From: Deinococcales bacterium
GTDB taxonomy: Bacteria > Deinococcota > Deinococci > Deinococcales > JAAFIG01
Direction: 5' to 3'
Assembly (NCBI GenBank): GCA_043778225.1
Contig: JAYWGM010000048.1
Span: forward strand, 25,238-89,237
Length of the DNA stretch: 64,000 nt
The notes under the pieces are model-generated. The model saw only the letters and a program-made list of their open reading frames with translations. It was not told the origin of the DNA and searched no databases. Positions 29,258 to 40,815 of this stretch are shown in pieces. The position numbers and the translations under genes are program-made. Numbering within the stretch: position 1 is the first letter of the stretch; each line of letters begins with the position of its first letter.

Positions 29258-29725
29258 TTACCCATCTTGCAAAACCATCTCGACCAACTGATCTAAACAG
29301 ATTCCCCAACCAACATGAAAGCCCATCTCTTCGTGCTGTTGGCGGCTGGCTTGGTCTTTGTGCATTGCAATCGCGCTGTATTTTGTGCCAGTGCCATGAG
29401 GCTCGAGTAAAATTGTGGCGGTAAAAAAAGCCTTTTCGTTAGGTCTGAAATCTGCGCCAAGAGCATCGGTAAAAACCAATTTGCGATGAGGGATAATCTC
29501 GAGGTAACAGCCAGTGTTGGGGAATTCCTGCCCTTCTGGCGAACGCATCGTGGTCTGGCACAGTCCACCAACACGCAAGTCTATTTGGCAATCCGAGACT
29601 GTCCATGGACGTGGTGCAAACCATTTTTTGAGGTGTTCTGGTTGTGTCCAAGCCGCCCAGACAAGTTCGGGGGCAACAGGCACAATACGCTCGAGGATTA
29701 AATCGGTTTCGGGGTTAAAATTCAT
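29258..29725 (-). CDS. SRPBCC/AHSA1-family protein
   Basis: [33 protein letters not shown]. Confidence 0.9.
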   Translation of the reverse strand: MNFNPETDLILERIVPVAPELVWAAWTQPEHLKKWFAPRPWTVSDCQIDLRVGGLCQTTMRSPEGQEFPNTGCYLEIIPHRKLVFTDALGADFRPNEKAFFTATILLEPHGTGTKYSAIAMHKDQASRQQHEEMGFHVGWGICLDQLVEMVLQDG

Positions 29726-30062
29726 GGTTTTTCTCCTTGGCTAGCTGAGGTAAGTATTGATCGAGTTGGTCAAGGCGTTGTTCCCAGAGATGGCGTTGCT
29801 GACTTAACCAATTTTCAACTTGCTGTATGGCTTTTGTCTCGAGGCTGTAGGTTCGTACCCGACCTGTTTTGGTCGAATGAACCAAGCCGCTTTGCTCGAG
29901 AACGTTCAGATGCTGCATAAACGAAGGGAGTGCCATAGAAAACGGAGTCATCAATTGACTGGCACTGGCTGAACCTTGACCAAGGCGCTCGATCACAGCG
30001 CGACGGGTGGGGTCTGCAAGGGCATGGAACAATTGGTTGTACTCGAGTAATTGCTTAGGCAC
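29715..30062 (-). CDS. ArsR/SmtB-family regulator
   Basis: [24 protein letters not shown]; typical ArsR-SRPBCC pair. Confidence 0.92.
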   Translation of the reverse strand: MPKQLLEYNQLFHALADPTRRAVIERLGQGSASASQLMTPFSMALPSFMQHLNVLEQSGLVHSTKTGRVRTYSLETKAIQQVENWLSQQRHLWEQRLDQLDQYLPQLAKEKNHEF

Positions 30063-30135
30063 TTACCTAAGTATATATCCTAATACCATTCTTGTCAAGT
30101 CGCATTTTTGTTGCTTTTTCTGTTCTTGGCAGATT

Positions 30136-30966
30136 CTAATAGATTGATGTGGCATCTCGAGGTAGACCCTGCACGTGTTTGAGATACGCGCTGACTTTGG
30201 CATCGTCTTGAAATGGATACTCGAGCCTAAAATGGCTGGCGACCTCGAGAGCGGCACTTCTAAATAACTTAGTCAATGCCCTTAACGCCCGCCAAGCCTG
30301 TGTAAATTCTGCATTGCTATAGGTTTGGAGAAATTGCTGTTGCTGCTCAAGCATCAGATAATTGGGTAGGTGTTTACCCAATTTGCCAAGTGGCAGCATA
30401 AAATTGGTTTTTGCCCCAATTTGCCAAGTCAGCATTTGTAAAAGCTGTTGGCGCAAAATCTCGAGGTGATGCTGGGCGTAAATCATTTCTTTGCGCCATA
30501 ATCCTTTCGCCACATACGGACAAACCCACCAAAATTCGTTACAACACTCAAAAAAAGTCTGGTTGCTTGGTGGTTGGGGCAGGTAATCAGCTAGACTGGG
30601 TGGCGCTAGGGCTGGCACAAGATTGTCTTTATCAAGTAAAAGCAGGCTTAGACTGTCGGCATTAAACTGCCCGATTTTAAGCGTCAAATCGAGCCTTTGA
30701 CCATCCATAAACTGCATTAGGTAAGTATAAGAATCTTTTGAGGCTTGGTCTCCAAAGTCGTCTGGGCATTGCAAAACCATCCGTTGACCAAAGCAATCAA
30801 TCCAATTGGCATTGGCTTTATACGACTCGAGTTCAGTCACCAAATACACGATGTCAAAATCCTCGAAAATATCGTGGTTGGCAAAGGGGTTGGCTTTTGA
30901 ACCATTGAGCATCACCGCGCGGACTCGAGGGTCGTTCTGGGCTGTCGAAATAATCAGTTCGAGCAT
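30136..30966 (-). CDS. Aminoglycoside 6-adenylyltransferase family protein (AadK/ANT(6)-like)
   Basis: RAVMLNGS, DFDIVY, YLMQF.DG.RLDL, LLDKD, NEFWW..PYVAKGLWR. Confidence 0.85.
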   Translation of the reverse strand: MLELIISTAQNDPRVRAVMLNGSKANPFANHDIFEDFDIVYLVTELESYKANANWIDCFGQRMVLQCPDDFGDQASKDSYTYLMQFMDGQRLDLTLKIGQFNADSLSLLLLDKDNLVPALAPPSLADYLPQPPSNQTFFECCNEFWWVCPYVAKGLWRKEMIYAQHHLEILRQQLLQMLTWQIGAKTNFMLPLGKLGKHLPNYLMLEQQQQFLQTYSNAEFTQAWRALRALTKLFRSAALEVASHFRLEYPFQDDAKVSAYLKHVQGLPRDATSIY

Positions 30967-30995
30967 TGGTATGACCTTATCACTTCTAAAAATAA

Positions 30996-31030
30996 AAAAC
31001 ACCCTCAAGGCAACTCGAGGGTGTTTGCAA
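30996..31030 (-). terminator. Terminator after fusA
   Basis: aaacaccctc...gagggtgttt stem with a T-rich tract on the minus strand. Confidence 0.7.
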
Positions 31031-31041
31031 AAAACGATGCT

Positions 31042-33144
31042 TTACTTGTTGTTCTTGACCAAGGTTTCCATGATTGAACGTGGAACTTCGGAGTAATGAT
31101 CAAAAAACATACTGTAACTGGCTCGTCCTTGGGTCATCGAACGCATATCGGTGGCGTAACCAAACATTTCTGAAAGTGGCACGTGAGCTTTGACCAAGCG
31201 GGCATTGCCGCGTTCGTCCATGCCTTGGATTTGTCCACGACGACCGTTCAAATCGCCGATGATGCTGCCCATGTATTCTTCTGGTACAACCACTTCAACC
31301 CGCATGATTGGCTCGAGAATGGCGGGTGCGCCTTTTTGGACGGCTTCCTTAATTGCCATGCTGCCAGCAATCTTAAACGCCATTTCCGAGGAGTCAACGT
31401 CGTGGTAACTGCCACCGGTCATGGTCACTTTTAAGTCAACAATTGGGAAACCAATCAGTGGACCGGAGTGCAGGCTTTCTTCCATTCCTTTTTGGGCAGG
31501 TCCGACAAATTCACGTGGAACTTCGCCACCGACCACAGCGTTCTCGAATTGGAAACCAGCCCCACGCTCGAGTGGCTCAGCGGTAATTTTAACGTGACCG
31601 AATTGTCCACGACCACCGGACTGACGCACAAACTTACCTTCGCAGTCCACCCGTCGGGTGATGGTTTCACGGTAGGCGACTTGTGGTGCGCCAACTGTGC
31701 TTTCGACTTTGAATTCGCGGCGTAAACGGTCTACCAGAATCTCGAGGTGAAGTTCACCCATGCCGCTAATGATTGTTTGACCACTTTCTTGGTTGGTCTC
31801 AACGCGGAAAGTTGGGTCTTCTTCGGCGAGCTTGGCTAAGCCAGCCCCCATGCGGTCTTGGTCAGCTTTGGTTTTTGGTTCGACCGACAAGCTAATTACG
31901 GGGTCTGGAATTTCGATTCGCTCGAGCATCACGACGTTATCGTTATCACCAATAATCGTGTCACCGGTCGAGGCATCTTTCACGCCCACAACCGCACCGA
32001 TGTCGCCAGCCCTAAGTTCAGCAATTTCTTCACGGTGATTGGCGTGCATTTTCAGTAAGCGCCCAACCCGTTCTTTTTTGCCTTTGCTCGAGTTATAGAC
32101 ATAGCTGCCGCTGACCAATGTTCCCGAGTAAACGCGCACAAAGGTTAAGCGACCCACATACGGGTCGGTCATGATTTTGAAAGCCAAACCAGCCAATGTT
32201 CCTTTTGGATCACTTGGGAATTCAACTTCGTTACCCTCTTCGTCTGTACCTTTAATCGGTGGGACATCGAGTGGGCTTGGGAGGTAATCAATCACCGCGT
32301 CAAGCATCAGTTGAACGCCTTTATTCTTGAGCGCACTGCCACAAAGTACGGGGAACATAATCATGCTAATTGTTCCGACGCGCAAAGCAGCTTTGAGTTC
32401 CATTTCCTCGACTTCTTGTCCCTCGAGGTACTTTTCCATGACACTTTCAGAGGCATCGGCAGCCACTTCGACCAGTTCTGCACGAGCAGTTTTGGCACGC
32501 TCGAGCCAATCGGCTGGTATCTCGGTTTCTTCGATATTTGTGCCAAGGTCGTTATGGAATAAATGCGCCCGCATCCGCACCAAATCAATAATCCCAATAA
32601 ACTTGTCCTCTGCACCCATCGGCAATTGAATCGGGGCTGGTTTAGCACCAAGGCGTTCTTTGATGTCGTTGACCACCAAGTTAAAGTCCGCACCGGTTTT
32701 GTCCATCTTGTTGCTAAAAGCAATCCGTGGCACTCGGTAGCGGTCGGCTTGCCGCCAAACGGTTTCGGATTGTGGTTCTACGCCTTGCGAGGAGTCAAAG
32801 ACGGCTACAGCGCCGTCAAGGACGCGCATACTGCGTTCGACTTCGATCGTAAAATCAACGTGACCGGGGGTATCAATGATATTAACCACAAAGGGAATAC
32901 CGTACTGGGCGTGAGTCCATTCAGCAGTTGTGGCGGCGGCAGTAATCGTGATACCACGTTCGCGCTCTTGCTCCATCCAGTCCATTGTGGCTAACCCTTC
33001 ATGAACCTCGCCGATTTTGTGAACCTTGCCTGTGTAATACAAAATCCGCTCGGTGGTGGTGGTTTTACCAGCGTCAATGTGCGCCGCAATACCGATGTTA
33101 CGGGTGGTGTTTAAGTAGTTTTTAAGATCAAGGTCTTTGAACAT
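31042..33144 (-). CDS. fusA: Elongation factor G
   Basis: [42 protein letters not shown]. Confidence 0.99.
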   Translation of the reverse strand: MFKDLDLKNYLNTTRNIGIAAHIDAGKTTTTERILYYTGKVHKIGEVHEGLATMDWMEQERERGITITAAATTAEWTHAQYGIPFVVNIIDTPGHVDFTIEVERSMRVLDGAVAVFDSSQGVEPQSETVWRQADRYRVPRIAFSNKMDKTGADFNLVVNDIKERLGAKPAPIQLPMGAEDKFIGIIDLVRMRAHLFHNDLGTNIEETEIPADWLERAKTARAELVEVAADASESVMEKYLEGQEVEEMELKAALRVGTISMIMFPVLCGSALKNKGVQLMLDAVIDYLPSPLDVPPIKGTDEEGNEVEFPSDPKGTLAGLAFKIMTDPYVGRLTFVRVYSGTLVSGSYVYNSSKGKKERVGRLLKMHANHREEIAELRAGDIGAVVGVKDASTGDTIIGDNDNVVMLERIEIPDPVISLSVEPKTKADQDRMGAGLAKLAEEDPTFRVETNQESGQTIISGMGELHLEILVDRLRREFKVESTVGAPQVAYRETITRRVDCEGKFVRQSGGRGQFGHVKITAEPLERGAGFQFENAVVGGEVPREFVGPAQKGMEESLHSGPLIGFPIVDLKVTMTGGSYHDVDSSEMAFKIAGSMAIKEAVQKGAPAILEPIMRVEVVVPEEYMGSIIGDLNGRRGQIQGMDERGNARLVKAHVPLSEMFGYATDMRSMTQGRASYSMFFDHYSEVPRSIMETLVKNNK

Positions 33145-33196
33145 ATAGATTTGCTCCTAGTGAGCTTTTGAAGCCAATTGGCTCGAGAGAGACGAA

Positions 33197-33292
33197 TTAC
33201 CAGAATCGAATCACAGCAGCTTGCCGTAATGCCAGAAGGCAACCAGACGCACCTATTAAGGTTTCATCGGTTACTAATTCCATTTGATTCAC
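33197..33292 (-). CDS. Candidate 31-aa small ORF between rpsG and fusA
   Basis: Strong SD AGGAGGTG 7 nt before GTG; MNQMELVTDETLIGASGCLLALRQAAVIRFW; too short for the ORF track. Confidence 0.4.
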   Translation of the reverse strand: MNQMELVTDETLIGASGCLLALRQAAVIRFW

Positions 33293-33436
33293 TTCGACTC
33301 ACCTCCTGACCCTCAAACCCGAGCGACACTCGAGATTCTGCACTTAAATGTGTTGGCTGAATGTCAGCCAGATACCACATCAAGAGACCGCCCTGTCGCA
33401 AGGGTGCGCTGGCGGTCTCGAGGAATTTATACCAGA

Positions 33437-33907
33437 TTACCAGCGATAATGGGCGTAAGCGCGGTTGGCTTCTGCCATACGTTCAACATCATCTTTCTTT
33501 TTGATTGCACCGCCACGACCTTGGGCAGCATCGAGGATTTCTCCTGCGACTCGCTCGATGGCAGTGCGTTCTGGGCGGGTATTGGCTGCGCCGACCAACC
33601 AACGCAGCGCAAGGCTTTGTTGACGGCGAACCGAAACTTCGACTGGTACTTGGTAAGTGCTACCACCGACGCGGCGGCTACGAACTTCGACGCGGGGTTT
33701 GATATTATCAAAAGCGCTCTTAAAGACACGCATTGGTTCTTGACCGCTTTTATCTTGAATCAGGCGGCACGCGCCATAAAAAATTTTGCTGGCAAGGTTT
33801 TTCTTGCCGCGCTCCATCAGGCGGTTGATTAAACTCGAGACGATGACATCGTTATAAACGAGGTCTGGTTGGATAACTCTGACTTCTGCTTGGCGACGAC
33901 GCGACAT
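33437..33907 (-). CDS. rpsG: 30S ribosomal protein S7
   Basis: RRVGGSTYQVP, MAEANRAYAHYRW. Confidence 0.99.
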   Translation of the reverse strand: MSRRRQAEVRVIQPDLVYNDVIVSSLINRLMERGKKNLASKIFYGACRLIQDKSGQEPMRVFKSAFDNIKPRVEVRSRRVGGSTYQVPVEVSVRRQQSLALRWLVGAANTRPERTAIERVAGEILDAAQGRGGAIKKKDDVERMAEANRAYAHYRW

Positions 33908-33917
33908 GGTTTACCCC

Positions 33918-34325
33918 TTACTTCTTCTTGGCTGGGGCTGCGCCTTTTGCGCCTGCCTTGGCTTTCTTCGTACCGTACTTGCTGCGGCTCTTATTGCGGT
34001 CTTTGACACCTTGGGTGTCCAGTGTGCCACGAATAATGTGGTAACGCACGCCCGGCAAGTCCTTGACACGCCCACCACGAATCAGCACCACGCTGTGTTC
34101 TTGGAGGTTGTGACCCTCGCCCGGAATATAAGCGGTGACTTCAAAAGCACTGCTTAAACGCACACGGGCGATTTTACGAAGCGCCGAGTTTGGCTTCTTC
34201 GGGGTGGTGGTCTTGACCACGGTGCAAACACCACGGCGAAATGGGCTACCTTTGAGGGCTGGCACTTTGCTCTTTTTGACCAGCACACGGCGACCTTTTC
34301 TTAATAACTGCTGAACTGTAGGCAT
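33918..34325 (-). CDS. rpsL: 30S ribosomal protein S12
   Basis: [37 protein letters not shown] before ATG 34325. Confidence 0.99.
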   Translation of the reverse strand: MPTVQQLLRKGRRVLVKKSKVPALKGSPFRRGVCTVVKTTTPKKPNSALRKIARVRLSSAFEVTAYIPGEGHNLQEHSVVLIRGGRVKDLPGVRYHIIRGTLDTQGVKDRNKSRSKYGTKKAKAGAKGAAPAKKK

Positions 34326-34483
34326 TCGACTCCTTCTCGAGTTCGACAACGGGTTTCTAATGTCCCCCGCAGATGCTTTAAGTGTAAACGGATTGTTAAT
34401 TTCAATCCCACTCGAGCAAACTTTGCAAATATACTCGAGAAGACAGCAAAACACAAGAGGCGTTTTGAAGAAGTTTATAGTTC

Positions 34484-35002
34484 TTAACCTTCACTGACCA
34501 CAAATTTTTCAAACCAAGCAGCCACTTGACTACCATGGGCTGCTTTCCAGACTGCCCAGACTTCTCTTGCCCAACGCTCGACCAAGCTCGAGCGCTCGAG
34601 TGAGGTTTTACCCGCCACCACATCGGCAACCGTTAGGCAGTTGGCAAACGAGGGCGGGGTCAACCAATGAAAGCGGCTGTGTTTCTTGGTGCTGTCAAAA
34701 CGCCCGGGGCGGATTCGCAACCACATGGCTTGCTCGGGCTTAAAATTGGCTTCAAAAATGCCATACAGCACCATCAAATGAATTGCTACCGAATTGATGG
34801 CTTGGTTGGACAGTACACCAGGATGTTGGATTGCAAAAATATCCACAAGTACAGCGCTAAACGCTGTTGGCTCGAGTACATCAGGCAGAGCATTAAAAGC
34901 TGCCCAGCAAGCTGCACTCGAGTCCATATAACGGTGGGTTGCACCACCCTCAAGAACGGGAAACAGCCCGCCACAACCAATGCAAGGCTCTTGAAATGTC
35001 AT
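34484..35002 (-). CDS. Hypothetical protein (DUF5946-like)
   Basis: [35 protein letters not shown] 6 nt after TAAACT. Confidence 0.7.
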   Translation of the reverse strand: MTFQEPCIGCGGLFPVLEGGATHRYMDSSAACWAAFNALPDVLEPTAFSAVLVDIFAIQHPGVLSNQAINSVAIHLMVLYGIFEANFKPEQAMWLRIRPGRFDSTKKHSRFHWLTPPSFANCLTVADVVAGKTSLERSSLVERWAREVWAVWKAAHGSQVAAWFEKFVVSEG

Positions 35003-35054
35003 CTGTAGAGTTTACAGTCTTGAGCCATCAAAAACATCCAAAAAATTTATTCAC

Positions 35055-37022
35055 CTAGTCTGTTTGTAAAATTTCTACCCCATAAGGCTCGAGATACAGA
35101 ATATCGTAGGTCTTGCCAGTCAAAATACTTCTGGCTGGCTGCTCGAGTTTAATGCTGTGTGGTTTTGGGCTGTGGTTTAGGTAAAAACGCAGACAATGCC
35201 CATCTTTGTGGCGCTCGGTAATCTCGATTTCGGCGTGGCTGGTTGACTCGAGTAACCCAGCCAGCAGCGCTTTAGGCAAAGCAGCATCACCAAGCGCCCC
35301 AACATAAATAACCTGTCCTTTTCCTACCAGATTGCGGCTGATGGCAACACTTTGGGCATAGTGGTCTTGGGTGTAATGGGCGATTGCACTGGCGCTGGTC
35401 AATTCGAGGACATCACACCAAAGGCTGATTGAGATGTCTGGCAGCTGTGCATCAGTCCACCTGATGGCATTGCTGTTTTGGTACAACGAATCGTATTCGA
35501 CCACTTTGACCCCAGCCAGAGGTTGCAGTAAACCCGGCAGGGCTTGATTGACAATCGCGTTGCTGTTGTCTTTGACCCCACTTCGGGCGGTTAAGACCAA
35601 TGTGCCACCGTTTTCTACAAATTGCTCGAGCTTGGCGGTTATTTCTGGGGTCACGAGGTGCAATAAAGGCGCAATGATGATTTTGTAAGGGCTTAAATCG
35701 GCTTGAGTAGAAATCACATCGGTGCTGATATTGCGCCGATGCAAAGCACTGTACCAGTAACCAAATTGTTCGGTGTACGATAAGTTTGGATTATTTGGTT
35801 GGATTTGAAGCGCAAATCTCGAGTCGTAATCTTGAAGCAGCGCGACGGTTGCTTCAATCTTTGAAGCAAGAATCTGGCTGCCAATTTGTTGTAGCTCGAG
35901 TCCAAATTTTTTGGCTTCTTGGTAACGTCGCCCAGTTGTGCCATCATGCTCGAGTAAGCCGTGCCAGTATTGCTCTGTGCCAAAGCGGGCAGTGCGAAAA
36001 CGAAAAAACACAATCCCATCTGCGCCGTGAGCAATGGCTTGGTATGCCCAAAGCCGCAATTCGCCTGGACGTGGGTGAGGCACAACCATTTCCCAGCCGC
36101 CAGCCCCTGCTTGTTGTTCCATGACCCAGAAATTTTGTTGTTTTAAGCCTCGTATGGTGCTGTGTCCAAGGGCGGCTCGAGATGAATCATCATTTGCTTG
36201 GATGTTCCACCAAATTCTTGGGTAATTATCCCAACTGACAAAATCAAGCTCTTTTGCTAAATCAAAATAATCAAGTTGATCGTAGCCAAAGCCCATCAAA
36301 TTATGGGTGATAAAATGTGCTGGGCAAGCGGCGCGAATCAGTTTAATCTGTTCGGCTTGAAACGACACGTAGCCATCGGAGCTAAAACGGGCAAAATCGA
36401 GCGCTAAACCCGGATTATGCGAAGCCCCCGTCTCGAGTGGCAAAGGAATTTGTGACCAAGTTGTGTAGGTCTGAGACCAAAAAATTGTTCCCCAAGCGGC
36501 TTCTAAGGCGTTGAGTGAAGTGTATTTTTGCTCGAGCCAATTTTGAAAGGCAGTTTGAGCAGCACTCGAATACGAACGATCACCAAATTCGTTATCTATT
36601 TGCCAGCCAATAACGTCTGGACAGTTGGCATAGTGGGCAGTCAGGGCAGTCACAATTCGTTTGGCGTGTTGCCGATACCCAAGATGATGTGGACAGTAGC
36701 CACGGCGGTGTCCAAAGGTTACTGCCTGACCACTCGGCATGACCCTAAACAGCGTTGGGTCGCTGCTCATCAGCCAAGCGGGTGGCGAGGCAGTTGGCGT
36801 ACACAGTACAACCTCAAGACCATGGGCTGACAAAATGGCAATCGCTCGGTCAAGCCAAGTAAAATCGAATTTGCCCAATTCTGGCTCGAGTTTGACCCAT
36901 GCAAATTCAGCAAGGCGCACCAAATTAAACCCTGCTTCCTGCATTAGTTTGGCATCGGTTGCCCAACGGTCTTCTGACCACTGCTCAGGGTAATAATCTA
37001 CACCAACATAAAATTTATTCAT
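35055..37022 (-). CDS. GH42 glycoside hydrolase (beta-galactosidase family)
   Basis: GVDYYPEQW, AEFAW, TPTASPPAW, WQIDNE, SWDNYP, FWVMEQQ. Confidence 0.93.
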   Translation of the reverse strand: MNKFYVGVDYYPEQWSEDRWATDAKLMQEAGFNLVRLAEFAWVKLEPELGKFDFTWLDRAIAILSAHGLEVVLCTPTASPPAWLMSSDPTLFRVMPSGQAVTFGHRRGYCPHHLGYRQHAKRIVTALTAHYANCPDVIGWQIDNEFGDRSYSSAAQTAFQNWLEQKYTSLNALEAAWGTIFWSQTYTTWSQIPLPLETGASHNPGLALDFARFSSDGYVSFQAEQIKLIRAACPAHFITHNLMGFGYDQLDYFDLAKELDFVSWDNYPRIWWNIQANDDSSRAALGHSTIRGLKQQNFWVMEQQAGAGGWEMVVPHPRPGELRLWAYQAIAHGADGIVFFRFRTARFGTEQYWHGLLEHDGTTGRRYQEAKKFGLELQQIGSQILASKIEATVALLQDYDSRFALQIQPNNPNLSYTEQFGYWYSALHRRNISTDVISTQADLSPYKIIIAPLLHLVTPEITAKLEQFVENGGTLVLTARSGVKDNSNAIVNQALPGLLQPLAGVKVVEYDSLYQNSNAIRWTDAQLPDISISLWCDVLELTSASAIAHYTQDHYAQSVAISRNLVGKGQVIYVGALGDAALPKALLAGLLESTSHAEIEITERHKDGHCLRFYLNHSPKPHSIKLEQPARSILTGKTYDILYLEPYGVEILQTD

Positions 37023-37023
37023 T

Positions 37024-38514
37024 TTATCTGCCCCAAGCAATCTGGCTAGAGCGCAACTCGAGTTTGAAATCACGAATTTTAGTGTTTTGGTCAATCAGCA
37101 GTATTTCGATGCCAGTCATGGTCGCAAAATCCTCGAGCATTTCGGCAGTCACGCAATAACTGTAAGCTGTATGGTGTGCGCCTCCTGCGTAAATCCAAGC
37201 AGCACAAGCAGTCTTAAAATCAGGTTGGCACTGCCAAACGGCTCGAGCCACAGGTAAGTTGGGCATCGGTGGCGGTTCAATGGCAGTAACACTATTGACG
37301 ATTAAGCGAAAGCGATTGCCTAAATCCACCAGCGAGGCATTGAGGGCTGTGCCAGCAGGGGCATTAAAGACGCTTCGTACAGGATCGGATTTTCCACCAA
37401 TTCCAAGAGGATGAATCTCGAGGCGGGGCTTAGTGGCGGCAATACTTTCACAAACCTCGAGCATATGCGCCCCAAGCACCAGATGATTGTTGACTTCGAG
37501 ATGATAAGTATAATCTTCCATAAAGCTCGTGCCACCAGTTAAGCCGTGTCCCATGACTTTCATGGCGCGTAACAGGGCAGCTGTTTTCCAATCGCCTTCT
37601 GCCCCAAAACCATAGCCTTGTGCCATCAGGCGTTGTACTGCTAAACCGGGTAGTTGCTCGAGTCCGTGTAAATCCTCGAAGGTCGTGGTGAAGCCCTTAA
37701 AGTTACCCTGCTCGAGGAAATCCTTTAATCCAAGTTCGAGTTTGGCACTGTAACGAAATGCTGCGTGGCTCGAGCCAGATGGCTGTAATTCGGGTGCAAT
37801 TTCGTACTGGCGAGTATATTCCTCGAGTAGCGAATCTATTCTTGAATCCGCTATGGCGTTGACTCGAGCCACCAAATCACCAATGCCGTAGCCATTGACA
37901 CTAAAACCAAATTGTTGTTCGGCAGCAACTTTATCACCGTCGGTCACCGAAACAAAGCGCATATTATCGCCAAAGCGAGCCAATGCCGCGCCCTGTAAAT
38001 CGTGCCAAGCCCGTGCTGCTCGAGTCCATGCACTTAAACATTGCAAGACTTCGGGGTCTGACCAATGCCCGACAATCACTTTGCGATTCAGTTTTAATCG
38101 GGTGTGCAAATGCCCAGCCTCGCGGTCGCCATGGGCGGCTTGGTTGAGGTTCATAAAATCCATGTCAATGCTGTTCCACGGTAAATCCTTATTAAATTGG
38201 GTGTGCAGATGACACAAGGGTTTTTGCAATTGCTCGAGACCACGAATCCACATTTTGGCTGGCGAGAAGGTGTGCATCCATAAGACCACGCCAGCGCACT
38301 CGGCACTCGAGTTTGCTTCGAGTAGAGCCGTTGTAATTTCATCGGGCGTGGTGAGTAATTTCTTGAACACAAATGGAATTGGTAATTGCCCACTCGCGTT
38401 TATGCTCAAAGCAACGGCGGCGGCATTGGTGGCAACTTGCTCGAGTGCCGAAGCACCGTACAAATGCTGTGAGCCGCAAAAAAACCAGATTTCGGATTTG
38501 CCAAGATTATTCAT
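37024..38514 (-). CDS. araA: L-arabinose isomerase
   Basis: [49 protein letters not shown]. Confidence 0.97.
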   Translation of the reverse strand: MNNLGKSEIWFFCGSQHLYGASALEQVATNAAAVALSINASGQLPIPFVFKKLLTTPDEITTALLEANSSAECAGVVLWMHTFSPAKMWIRGLEQLQKPLCHLHTQFNKDLPWNSIDMDFMNLNQAAHGDREAGHLHTRLKLNRKVIVGHWSDPEVLQCLSAWTRAARAWHDLQGAALARFGDNMRFVSVTDGDKVAAEQQFGFSVNGYGIGDLVARVNAIADSRIDSLLEEYTRQYEIAPELQPSGSSHAAFRYSAKLELGLKDFLEQGNFKGFTTTFEDLHGLEQLPGLAVQRLMAQGYGFGAEGDWKTAALLRAMKVMGHGLTGGTSFMEDYTYHLEVNNHLVLGAHMLEVCESIAATKPRLEIHPLGIGGKSDPVRSVFNAPAGTALNASLVDLGNRFRLIVNSVTAIEPPPMPNLPVARAVWQCQPDFKTACAAWIYAGGAHHTAYSYCVTAEMLEDFATMTGIEILLIDQNTKIRDFKLELRSSQIAWGR

Positions 38515-39163
38515 GCTGACCTCTTTTTTGTCCGTACTGATTTTGGTAACGCTGATATAAGCGTTCGATGTCATCAGTTGCCAATGGTTTTACATTGCCC
38601 AACTGCATGGCTAGAAACGATGTTTTGGCTACGTCCTCGCACATGATTGCGGCTTTGAGCGCGTCACGCGGGGTTTTGCCAATCGTAAAAACCCCGTGGT
38701 TTTGTAAAATAATCGCTGGGCTACGGTGATGCTCGAGTATCCGCACGACTTCATGTCCGATTTCTTGACCGCCAATCATCGCAAAAGCCCCGCAGGGAAT
38801 TTCACCACCAAATTCGTCTGCCATGGCGGTTAAAAAACACGGTATGGGCGTGGCATTGGCTGCCCAAGCCGTGGCATAGGGGCTATGGGTGTGAACAATG
38901 CCGCCGATTTTGGGCATCTGGCGGTAAATATAGGCATGGGTGGCGGTGTCTGAAGATGGTTTGAAATTGGTCTCGAGTGGCGTGCCGTTTAAGTCGCACA
39001 GCACCATACTTTCGGGGGTTAAATCCTCAAATGTAATGCCACTAGGTTTGATTAAAAAGTCTTGTCCGACTCGAGCGCTGATGTTGCCACTGGTCCAAGT
39101 CACCAAACCATTTTTGGGTAACTCGAGATGCAGGTCTCGTAGGTTCTGGCGTTCTGAATTCAT
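38507..39163 (-). CDS. araD: L-ribulose-5-phosphate 4-epimerase
   Basis: [34 protein letters not shown]. Confidence 0.95.
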   Translation of the reverse strand: MNSERQNLRDLHLELPKNGLVTWTSGNISARVGQDFLIKPSGITFEDLTPESMVLCDLNGTPLETNFKPSSDTATHAYIYRQMPKIGGIVHTHSPYATAWAANATPIPCFLTAMADEFGGEIPCGAFAMIGGQEIGHEVVRILEHHRSPAIILQNHGVFTIGKTPRDALKAAIMCEDVAKTSFLAMQLGNVKPLATDDIERLYQRYQNQYGQKRGQHE

Positions 39164-40815
39164 GCAGCACCTGAGCGCAGGGCTTTGAGGCGTTTCATGA
39201 CATTGTTTGTGCCGCGTCCAAAGTAATCGTGCAGGCTTTGATATTCGCTAAAAATCTGGTCATAAATTTTTTGATGCCTGACAATTGGTGTGTACACATT
39301 TTGCCGTATTTTGCCCATTTTCTCGGCTGCTTCGGTAATACTGGCGTATGCCCCTGCGGCAACGGCGGCATGAATCGCACTGCCTAGGGCTGGGGCTTGG
39401 TCGCTGTCCACAATGCTCAGGGGTCTGCCAGTAATATCGGCATAAATCTGCATCAGCATCTTATTTTTTTGCAGTCCGCCAGCGATGACCAGTTCGTTGA
39501 CTGGCACACCATGGTTATCGAAATTATCGATGATTACTCGAGCGCCAAAAGCGGTGGATTCAATCAAAGCACGGTACATCTCGGCGGCGGTGGTTTGCAG
39601 CGTCGCGCCGAGCATCAAGCCACTCAGTTCGGTGTCCACCAGCACGCTGCGGTTGCCATTGTGCCAATCGAGCGCCAGCAAACCATGTTGACCGGGGCGT
39701 TGTGTGGCAGCTTCGGATTCCAGAATCGCGTGGACACTTTTGTTTTCTCGAGCCGCACGGTTGGTGTACTCGGCAGAAACACTATTTTTAACAAACCAAC
39801 CAAAAATATCGCCAACGCCGCTTTGCCCTGCCTCATAGCCGTACAAACCCGGAATGACCCCGCCGTCCACCACGCCACACATTCCGGGGACTTCTTTTTG
39901 TTGTTGCCCATTGAGAATATGGCAGGTGCTTGTTCCCATAATCGCCACCATACGCCCTGTTTGGGTCACACCTGCGGCGGGTACAGTCACGTGTGCATCC
40001 ACATTGGCGACTGCCACGGCAATTGCAGCCGGTAAACCCATCCAAGCGGCGGCTTCGGGGGTCAGTTCGCCGGCTTTAGCACCGAGGCTCGAGATGGGGG
40101 CGTTCATGCGGGTCTGGACAATATCGGCAAAATTTGGATTGAGTGCGCCCAAAAAGTCGCTGCTCGGATACTGACCATCTTGATAAATGGCTTTGTAACC
40201 CGCCGTGCAAGCGTTGCGGGTTTCAATACCGCACAGTTGCCAGACCACCCAGTCGGCAGCCTCGAGAATCCGCTCTGACGCAGCGTAGACCTCGGGGGCT
40301 TCCTCAAGCAATTGCAGGGCTTTGGCAAAAAACCATTCGGAGGATATTTTGCCACCAAAACGCGGTAGCCAAAATTCGTGGCGCTCGAGGGCAAGGGCAT
40401 TGATTCTATCAGCCTGCGGTTGGGCGGCATGGTGCTTCCAGAGTTTGACCCAAGCGTGTGGCGCATCTCGGAATTCGGGCAGACAACACAGTGGTGTGCC
40501 ATCTTTTAGCGTTGGTAAAATCGTACAAGCTGTAAAATCAATACCAATCCCAATAATCTGTTTTGCATCTATGCCACTTAACTCGAGGGCTTGAGGGACA
40601 GCTTTTTTGAAAACTTCAATATAATCATCTGGGTTTTGTAATGCCCATTCATGCGGCAATGGCACAGCCCTATTGGGTAGGTACTTATCTATCACACCAT
40701 CTTGATATTCATGGACGGCACTGGCGATTTCAAGTCCATCACACACTCGCACAATTACGGCGCGTCCACTGGCTGTGCCAAAGTCAACGCCAACAGTAAA
40801 TAAATCTGGATTCAA
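39160..40815 (-). CDS. araB: Ribulokinase
   Basis: GVDFGTASGRA, DFTACT, KLWKHHAAQ, GTSTCH, DWHNGNRS; upstream of araD-araA. Confidence 0.95.
   Translation of the reverse strand: MNPDLFTVGVDFGTASGRAVIVRVCDGLEIASAVHEYQDGVIDKYLPNRAVPLPHEWALQNPDDYIEVFKKAVPQALELSGIDAKQIIGIGIDFTACTILPTLKDGTPLCCLPEFRDAPHAWVKLWKHHAAQPQADRINALALERHEFWLPRFGGKISSEWFFAKALQLLEEAPEVYAASERILEAADWVVWQLCGIETRNACTAGYKAIYQDGQYPSSDFLGALNPNFADIVQTRMNAPISSLGAKAGELTPEAAAWMGLPAAIAVAVANVDAHVTVPAAGVTQTGRMVAIMGTSTCHILNGQQQKEVPGMCGVVDGGVIPGLYGYEAGQSGVGDIFGWFVKNSVSAEYTNRAARENKSVHAILESEAATQRPGQHGLLALDWHNGNRSVLVDTELSGLMLGATLQTTAAEMYRALIESTAFGARVIIDNFDNHGVPVNELVIAGGLQKNKMLMQIYADITGRPLSIVDSDQAPALGSAIHAAVAAGAYASITEAAEKMGKIRQNVYTPIVRHQKIYDQIFSEYQSLHDYFGRGTNNVMKRLKALRSGAA

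Noticed and set aside
29056..31000. Integrative element at tRNA-Val
   Set aside because: No integrase and no duplicated tRNA 3' end seen in the window
33284..33832. 182-aa plus-strand ORF and the many other antisense ORFs in the track
   Set aside because: Shadow frames of well-supported genes (rpsG, ppc, hflX, RCC1 protein, A2M and others) with no motifs or start signals
34326..34454. N-terminal extension of S12 in the ORF track, or a CTG start as reported for Deinococcus rpsL
   Set aside because: A canonical ATG with SD at 34325 matches the conserved MPTxxQL start
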